13,056 nt of DNA, from NCBI GenBank assembly GCA_039798785.1, contig JBDKFG010000099.1:1-13056 (forward strand). The letters are read 5' to 3'. The number at the start of each line of letters is the position of its first letter. Position 1 is the stretch's first letter. The translations under genes were made by a program, and so were the position numbers. Shown piece by piece: positions 7,310-13,056 of this stretch. A model generated the notes under the pieces. The model made no database searches and was not told the DNA's origin. It saw only the letters and a program-made list of their open reading frames with translations. The stretch comes from Verrucomicrobiota bacterium (lineage in GTDB: Bacteria > Verrucomicrobiota > Lentisphaeria > Lentisphaerales > Lentisphaeraceae).

Positions 7310-8203
7310 ATGAAAATCTACACCTTGTCCTATAGCGAAGAGACCTTTCCCAATTGGGCCAACCTCGGCGACGACATCCAGTCGATCGCCGCCGCCCGGC
7401 TCCTGCCGCGAGTGGACGGCCATATCTCACGCGAGCACCTGCAAGATCCGGTCGAGCCCGGCATCCTGTCGATGAACGGCTTCTTCATGGGCGAAGGACA
7501 ATGGCCGCCCCACCCCTCCATCGAGCCTCTGTTCTTCGCCTTCCACGTCACTCCCAGCTCGGCGAAGAAGATCTTCTCGCCCGAGGGCGTTGCTTATCTG
7601 AAAAAGCACCAACCAATCGGCTGCCGCGACCGCGGCACCCTCAAGCTGATGCAGGATCATGGCATCGAAGCCTTCTACAGCAAATGCGTGACCTTGACCC
7701 TGCCGCGCCGGGAAAGCGAGCCGAAAAACGGCCGTATCTACATGGTCGGCTTGAGCGAAGGCGCCAAAAGCACCGTCCCCCGCGCCATCCGCAAACAAGC
7801 CGTCACCGTCGACCAGGCCAAACTCCGCGTCCCGGATCTCGGCCACGCTTTGAAAGCGCAGATTTCTCAACATTTGCTCGACACCTACCGTCGAACCGCC
7901 TCGCTGGTGATCACCTCGAAGATCCACGCCGCGATGCCCTGTATCGCCATGGGCATCCCCGTCGTCTTCCTCTACGACAAATCGAGGGAGGACGACTATC
8001 GCGTCAGCATCATCCAGGATCTCATCGGCATCCAATACGTCGGCGAATCGAAGATCGACCGCCTCTTGATCAACCAGATGAGACAAGGCAAGATCGACTG
8101 GTCACCCAAAGCGGCTGACATCGAAGCTGAAAAGCTCAAGATCAAGACAGCCTATCTCGAGGCGTTTGAGCGAGCCGCCGCCCGCTTCCTCGCCCGCGGC
8201 TGA
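7310..8203 (+). CDS. Polysaccharide pyruvyl transferase family protein
   Basis: NLGDDIQSIAA near the N-terminus, PIGCRDRGT, SKCVTLTL, VITSKIHAAMPCIAMGIPV. ATG 7310 chosen as start; 7271 and 7277 are in-frame alternatives. Confidence 0.85.
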   Translation: MKIYTLSYSEETFPNWANLGDDIQSIAAARLLPRVDGHISREHLQDPVEPGILSMNGFFMGEGQWPPHPSIEPLFFAFHVTPSSAKKIFSPEGVAYLKKHQPIGCRDRGTLKLMQDHGIEAFYSKCVTLTLPRRESEPKNGRIYMVGLSEGAKSTVPRAIRKQAVTVDQAKLRVPDLGHALKAQISQHLLDTYRRTASLVITSKIHAAMPCIAMGIPVVFLYDKSREDDYRVSIIQDLIGIQYVGESKIDRLLINQMRQGKIDWSPKAADIEAEKLKIKTAYLEAFERAAARFLARG

Positions 8204-8213
8204 GAAATTCGAT

Positions 8214-8253
8214 GCGCAGAAAACCCGAGGCTCAAGCCTCGGGTTTTCTGCGC
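8214..8253. terminator. Probable bidirectional terminator hairpin between convergent operons
   Basis: Perfect 19-bp inverted repeat GCGCAGAAAACCCGAGGCT-CA-AGCCTCGGGTTTTCTGCGC. Its GC-rich core is followed by TTTT on both strands. Confidence 0.8.
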
Positions 8254-9131
8254 CGGAAGAACGACAGGAGATAGCGGCGCATCATATCGAATCGCAGGAG
8301 GCTCGCAGGTGACAGCCGCAGCGCCGCCAAGTACTCGCCCCTCCCCTCCGCCGGGAATCCGTTTTTGAAGAGAATCCGAGCTAGGGATAAATGGCGCTGA
8401 GAGAGATAGCGGGGCTTCCTTCCGAGAAGCGAGGGCGGGACATGAGCCGGATCGAAGATCGCCTCTGCCGCCCGGACATTGTAGAGCCGCTGTTTTTCGA
8501 CATTGGTGCGTAGACTGCCGGCATGATGATAGACCCGGCACAGAGGAATCTCGCTGGTGATAGGGCTGTGTTTGAGCAAGAGACGGGAGAAATAGGAAAG
8601 GTCCTCCGCTGCCCTCAGATCCTCCGGGAAACCGACGCTGCGGGCCACTTGGGTTCGCAGGATCAGATAACCGGTCTGCAGCGAGGCGTCTTTGTCGAGA
8701 TACATCAGAAAACGCTCCTCGCCGCTGGCTGGCAAGGGCTTGGTGATCTGGGATTTTTCGCGTCCGTCCTCGTGGCGGCTCACCGAAGAGGCGATGAGGA
8801 AGTCCGCCCGGCTCTCCTGGAGCAGCCGCAAGCATGGCTGCAAGGCCCCGGGCAACAGCTCGTCATCCGCGTCAAGCATCAGGCAGAATTCGCCACGCGC
8901 CAAGGCCAATCCCTGGTTGCGCGCCTTGGCCGGGCCGCCATTGACTTGCCGAAAATAGCGAAAACGAGGTTCATCATGCCATTGCCGGACAATGGATTCC
9001 GTCTGATCGGTCGAGCCGTCATCGACGATCAAAAGCTCAGCATCCTCCGGCAGCTGACTGAGCACAGAGCCGACCGAACGAGGCAGGAAATGCCCGTAAT
9101 TGTATGCAGGAATGATCACCGAAAGAAGCAT
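8232..9131 (-). CDS. Glycosyltransferase family 2 (GT-A)
   Basis: LSVIIPAYN, IVDDGSTD, NGGPAKARNQG, DxD motif LDADD, catalytic ED (AAEDL), helical C-terminal extension. Confidence 0.95.
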   Translation of the reverse strand: MLLSVIIPAYNYGHFLPRSVGSVLSQLPEDAELLIVDDGSTDQTESIVRQWHDEPRFRYFRQVNGGPAKARNQGLALARGEFCLMLDADDELLPGALQPCLRLLQESRADFLIASSVSRHEDGREKSQITKPLPASGEERFLMYLDKDASLQTGYLILRTQVARSVGFPEDLRAAEDLSYFSRLLLKHSPITSEIPLCRVYHHAGSLRTNVEKQRLYNVRAAEAIFDPAHVPPSLLGRKPRYLSQRHLSLARILFKNGFPAEGRGEYLAALRLSPASLLRFDMMRRYLLSFFRRRKPEA

Positions 9132-9160
9132 GCTTGCCCTGAGTGCGCTTTAAATTTCGA

Positions 9161-10447
9161 TTAGAGCCGGCCGTCGACCTCTTCGGCCGGCAGGATCGAC
9201 TTGACGTCATAGACCACCGCGCCGGGCTTGCCGAAGGCGCGGACGCCGGCGGCGCCAAGCTCGCGGAAAGCCTGGTGGCCGACGGCGAGGATGACGGCGT
9301 CGTAGGTGCCGGCTTGGGGCGAGGAGCTCAAGTCGAGACCGTATTCGTGATTGACCTCGCCTGCATCGGCCCAGGGGTCGTGGAGATCGACTTCGGCGCC
9401 GAACTCGCGCAGCTCGGCGACGATGTCGATGACGCGGGTGTTGCGGATGTCCGGGCAGTTCTCCTTGAAAGTCAGGCCGAGGATCAGGATGCGGGCCCCT
9501 TGCACGTGCAGTCGGTTCTTCAGCATCAGCTTGACCACTTGCGAGGCGACGTAGGCCCCCATGCCGTCGTTGATGCGTCGGCCGGCGAGGATGACTTCGG
9601 GATGATAGCCGAGGAGCTGCGCCTTGTAGGTCAGGTAGTAGGGGTCGACGCTGATGCAGTGGCCGCCGACCAGGCCAGGACGGAAGGGCATGAAGTTCCA
9701 CTTCGTGCCGGCGGCTTCGAGGACTTCCAAGGTGTCGATGCCGATCCGGTTGAAGATAAGGGCCAACTCGTTGACCAGGGCGATGTTGAGGTCTCGCTGA
9801 GTGTTTTCGATCACTTTTGCGGCTTCCGCGACCTTCAGGGAGGAGGCCTTGTGGGTGCCGGCGCGGATGATGCGACGATAGAGCGAGTCGACCACCTCGG
9901 CGGCTTCGGGCGTCGAGCCCGAGGTGACTTTCTTGATGTCGGGCAGGCGATGCTGTTTGTCGCCGGGATTAATCCGTTCGGGCGAATAGCCGCAGGAGAA
10001 GTCCCGGTTGAACTTGAAGCCGGAGAACCTCTCGAGGACCGGGACGCAGACTTCCTCGGTGCAGCCGGGGTAGACGGTGGATTCGTAGATCACCAGGTCG
10101 CCGTTCTTGAGTACTTTGCCGATGGTTTCGGAAGCCTTGCGCAGCGGCGTGAAGTCGGGCTGGCAGGCGGCGTCGACCGGGGTCGGCACGGTGACGATGA
10201 AGACATTGCAGGTCGCGAGCTCGGCGGGGTCACAGGTGAAGGACAGAAACGGCGAATGCAGCAGTTCCTCCGCGCTGACCTCCAAGGTGTGATCCAGACC
10301 TTGGCGAAGCTCTTCTACGCGGGCGGCGCGGATGTCAAAACCAAGGACTGGTAGATGTTTGCCGAACTCAACCGCAAGAGGCAACCCGACGTAGCCGAGG
10401 CCGATGACAGCGAGTTTTCTATCGAGTGGCGCAGACGTGATGCCCAT
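9161..10447 (-). CDS. Nucleotide-sugar dehydrogenase, UDP-N-acetylglucosamine/galactosamine C-6 dehydrogenase (TviB/WbpO-like)
   Basis: Rossmann [46 protein letters not shown], catalytic [33 protein letters not shown]-terminal DGRL. GAGG RBS upstream. GlcNAc versus GalNAc specificity cannot be determined. Confidence 0.95.
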   Translation of the reverse strand: MGITSAPLDRKLAVIGLGYVGLPLAVEFGKHLPVLGFDIRAARVEELRQGLDHTLEVSAEELLHSPFLSFTCDPAELATCNVFIVTVPTPVDAACQPDFTPLRKASETIGKVLKNGDLVIYESTVYPGCTEEVCVPVLERFSGFKFNRDFSCGYSPERINPGDKQHRLPDIKKVTSGSTPEAAEVVDSLYRRIIRAGTHKASSLKVAEAAKVIENTQRDLNIALVNELALIFNRIGIDTLEVLEAAGTKWNFMPFRPGLVGGHCISVDPYYLTYKAQLLGYHPEVILAGRRINDGMGAYVASQVVKLMLKNRLHVQGARILILGLTFKENCPDIRNTRVIDIVAELREFGAEVDLHDPWADAGEVNHEYGLDLSSSPQAGTYDAVILAVGHQAFRELGAAGVRAFGKPGAVVYDVKSILPAEEVDGRL

Positions 10448-10477
10448 GATGCCGGTGCCTCATAAGTTGATGTTGCG

Positions 10478-10505
10478 ATAATGGTCAGCCTGCGGCAAAA
10501 AGCAA
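10478..10505 (-). promoter_or_regulatory. Possible promoter for the dehydrogenase-GT2 operon
   Basis: Minus strand TTGCTT, 16 nt, CATTAT within the 155-bp divergent intergenic region. Confidence 0.25.
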
Positions 10506-10602
10506 GCTGATCAGAAAGGAAGGACTCGACATCCGGCGGCGTGACATAAAATCCCGGCGCACGGCCTTCCCGAACCGCGCATGCCGATTACCTTACGCGA
10601 CC

Positions 10603-12417
10603 ATGTCCAGCCCCACGCCCATATCGGCCGAAACCAGCACCCGCGACAGCTTCCTGCGCCTGCTGGTCTTCTGTCTTCGCCCCCGCCTCAAGCTGGTGGC
10701 GATCGCCTTCCTGCTGATCATGCTGTTCAACTTCGTCGAACTCGCCTTGCCCAAGGTGCTTGATCTGTATGTCAAGTCCTTCGAGCCGACGGTGAAGATC
10801 GAGCTCTTCGGCTTCGAAATGGATTGGATCCGGCATGCGGAGGGCAAGGCACTGATCCTGCCCGGAGCCTTGCTGCTGGTCGCCGTCGTCCGCTGGGGCC
10901 TGGCTTACACCCGCGCCTATTGGCAGGGACGCCTGTCGCAACATTGCCTGATGGCGGTCCGCCGCCGCATCTACGACCGGGCGCAACGGTTCAACTTCGA
11001 TTATCACGACCGCCGCCACTCCGGCACCCTGATCGCCAACCTGGTCGAGGACGTCCGCTTCACCACGGTCTTCTTTGAGAACTCTCTTTTCGTCCTGGTT
11101 GAGACCGTCCTCTGCATCATCTTCATCCACGGCTTCATTTTCGTCCATTGCTGGCAGGCCGGCCTCGCCTGTCTGCTGTGCATGAGCCTGAGCCTTCTTT
11201 TCGCCACCCGCCTCTGGAGGCACAACCTGCCGCTTTTCCAGAAAACCAAGGAGAATTTCGCGCAGATGGTGAGCTCCTTCACCGAGAACATGGAGGGCCA
11301 GCTCGTGGTCAGGGCCTATGGACGCCGCGAAGCTCAGGAAAAGGCCTATGTCAAGGTGGTCAAGGATCTCCAGGATTCGGCCTTGCGCGAAGTCCATTGG
11401 CAGATCCTGTCGCACCAGATCATCGGCTGGGGCGCCTGCATCTGCTTCGCCGCAGCGATTTCGACCTATATCTGGGTCTGCCGCAGCACCGGTGTCGCTC
11501 CGGCCGGCTCGACCATCCTGATGATCACCTCGGCCTTGATCATCCACCTCGCCAAGGCACGTCAATTCATGGGCGGAATGGACAACCTGATGCGCTTCCT
11601 GGTCACGGCGCGCCGCCTCGATGACTTCTTCCGCGACCAGCGCGACGAATATGAAGATCCCGCCGCCCAGTCGCTGCCAGCTCTGGATATGCGCGAACTC
11701 CGCTTCGACCAAGTGTCCTTCGCCTACGGTGCCCGCGATCCGGTCATCCGCTCCCTCAGCTTCAGCTTGCGCCAAGGACACATCCTCGGTGTCATCGGTG
11801 GCACCGGCGCCGGCAAATCGACGCTGGCGCAACTCGCGGCGGGCTTCTACACCCCGATCTCCGGAAGGGTCAGCATCGATGGCAAACCCCTCGGCGATTA
11901 CCACCGCATCCAGCTCCGCCGCAGCATCGCCATCGTCTTCCAGGAGACCTTTCTCTTCGCCGGAAGCGTCGCCGACAACATCGCCTTCGGCAATCCCGGC
12001 GCCAAGCCGGAGGAGATCGCCGAAGCCGCCCGCCTCGCCTGCGCCGAGGAGTTCATCTCGCAATTGCCCGAAGGCTACGCCGCCGAAATCGGCGAAAAAG
12101 GCGTCAGCCTCTCTGGCGGCCAACGCCAGCGCCTCGGCATCGCCCGCGCCCTTTTGCGCCGTCCGCGACTCCTCATCCTCGACGCCTGCACCTCGGCTCT
12201 CGACAACCGCACCGAGGCGAAAATCCTCAGCAATTTGCGCCAATTGCAGGGCGTCACCGTCCTGCTCATCACCCATCGCGCCGAAGCCCTGGAACTGGCC
12301 GACGAAGTCCTGGTGATGGATGACGGCATCCTGATCGAACAAGGAAGCCCGGCCGAGCTCAAGTCACGAGCCGGATCGAGATTCCGCGCGGTGCTGGGAC
12401 ATCATGGGACGATTTGA
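10603..12417 (+). CDS. ABC exporter half-transporter (TMD+NBD), degenerate Walker B
   Basis: N-terminal transmembrane domain; Walker A GGTGAGKST; Q-loop VFQETFLF; signature LSGGQRQR; Walker B/D-loop LLILDACTSALD; H-switch ITHR. Confidence 0.95.
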   Translation: MSSPTPISAETSTRDSFLRLLVFCLRPRLKLVAIAFLLIMLFNFVELALPKVLDLYVKSFEPTVKIELFGFEMDWIRHAEGKALILPGALLLVAVVRWGLAYTRAYWQGRLSQHCLMAVRRRIYDRAQRFNFDYHDRRHSGTLIANLVEDVRFTTVFFENSLFVLVETVLCIIFIHGFIFVHCWQAGLACLLCMSLSLLFATRLWRHNLPLFQKTKENFAQMVSSFTENMEGQLVVRAYGRREAQEKAYVKVVKDLQDSALREVHWQILSHQIIGWGACICFAAAISTYIWVCRSTGVAPAGSTILMITSALIIHLAKARQFMGGMDNLMRFLVTARRLDDFFRDQRDEYEDPAAQSLPALDMRELRFDQVSFAYGARDPVIRSLSFSLRQGHILGVIGGTGAGKSTLAQLAAGFYTPISGRVSIDGKPLGDYHRIQLRRSIAIVFQETFLFAGSVADNIAFGNPGAKPEEIAEAARLACAEEFISQLPEGYAAEIGEKGVSLSGGQRQRLGIARALLRRPRLLILDACTSALDNRTEAKILSNLRQLQGVTVLLITHRAEALELADEVLVMDDGILIEQGSPAELKSRAGSRFRAVLGHHGTI

Positions 12418-12577
12418 GGTGCAGGGAGTGGTGGCGTTTAGGTGCATTTGCTCACTTAAGGACAATATAAATCAAATAACAAATAGCAGGATGGGCTTTA
12501 GACTTTGTTAATGAGTAATGGTTTTAATATTGACTTTGTCAACGTAGCATAAAGCTTCCGAAGAAGGGGCTATAATA

Positions 12578-12985
12578 TTATTTGTAAATCAATTTTACAT
12601 GTGGCTCAATTAATTTGTAGATCGATTTAAATTTTTTCGATGAGAATTCGTTTGAATTGTAGTGTCTTTGTGAGTGTAAGTCGTAGATGTCAAGTGATGG
12701 CGCATCATCAGTTATAAAACTTGGTTTTTCATCATTTTTATCACTTATTATATCTTTTATTTTATGCTGAATTTCAGAGTTATTTATAGTTGACGAGTAT
12801 TCATTTTCTTTGTTTCTATAAATGTTGATATTGAGAGTGATTTTTCCATCAGTATAAAAATTTACAACCCAACTTACAAGTGGGCAACTAAAGCCGCTGT
12901 GATAATTAATTCTCATCGCAATGTTTGCTGGGATTGAATTAAGGACTTGACATGAGTCCGAAATCCGGAGTGATTTAGGGTACAT
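12578..12985 (-). CDS. AT-rich hypothetical protein, possibly with its 5' end replaced by IS sequence
   Basis: 135 open codons in roughly 30% GC DNA, which is unlikely by chance. GGAG lies 5 nt upstream of the ATG, and there is a TAATG overlap with the upstream ORF. No recognisable motif. Confidence 0.6.
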   Translation of the reverse strand: MYPKSLRISDSCQVLNSIPANIAMRINYHSGFSCPLVSWVVNFYTDGKITLNINIYRNKENEYSSTINNSEIQHKIKDIISDKNDEKPSFITDDAPSLDIYDLHSQRHYNSNEFSSKKFKSIYKLIEPHVKLIYK

Positions 12986-13056
12986 TACAACTCCGGGACC
13001 CCGACCGCTTGCCGGATCAGGCGCTGCTTTTTGGTGATGTCGTAGCTGAAAGAATT
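12958..13056 (-). mobile_element. Putative right end of an insertion sequence
   Basis: Transposase-like tail followed by ~27 bp ending at CCGAAATCCGGAGTGATTTAGGG (plus strand 12958-12980), beyond which GC content drops. The partner IR would lie outside the window, so it cannot be verified. Confidence 0.35.
12985..13056 (-). CDS. C-terminal fragment of a gene running off the window; resembles the C-terminus of IS1634/IS4-like DDE transposases
   Basis: The minus frame reads NSFSYDITKKQRLIRQAVGVPEL* with stop TAA at 12987-12985 and GC-rich codon usage. It resembles the recalled transposase tail pattern (E/D)(I/L)TKKQxxIxxAxG(I/V). Only 23 aa are visible. Confidence 0.45.
   Translation of the reverse strand, partial: NSFSYDITKKQRLIRQAVGVPEL

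Noticed and set aside
9143..10354. 403-aa plus-strand ORF
   Set aside because: Antisense shadow of the nucleotide-sugar dehydrogenase.
10588..12342. 584-aa minus-strand ORF
   Set aside because: Antisense shadow of the ABC transporter.
12420..12577. Integron attC site or terminator downstream of the AT-rich ORF
   Set aside because: No RYYYAAC...GTTRRRY pair with an extended stem; only a 4-bp CTTC-TTCG-GAAG hairpin on the minus strand.
1..13056. CRISPR array, tRNA or rRNA genes
   Set aside because: No regularly spaced direct repeats or recognisable RNA-gene signatures seen.

Overview
High-GC bacterial window (roughly 60-65% GC by eye) with lower-GC flanks at about 1-300 and 12445-12960. In order: a ~207-bp inverted-repeat element; pckA (ATP-dependent PEP carboxykinase) translationally coupled to a small membrane-anchored hypothetical; then a surface-glycan synthesis/decoration locus. 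Its + strand carries an ArnT-like GT-C transferase, an AT3-SGNH O-acyltransferase, an uncharacterised PP-loop/Cys4 (QueC/MurL-like) protein and a polysaccharide pyruvyl-transferase. These converge on a - strand pair, a GT2 glycosyltransferase and a TviB/WbpO-like UDP-HexNAc 6-dehydrogenase, meeting at a perfect 19-bp hairpin. A divergent ABC exporter half-transporter lacks the catalytic Glu. The window ends with an AT-rich orphan ORF abutting what looks like the 3' end of an IS transposase. The best candidate for an undescribed system is the PP-loop/Cys4 protein among glycan-tailoring genes, possibly an ATP-dependent modifier of uronic-acid carboxylates. All family calls come from motif recognition, not database searches.
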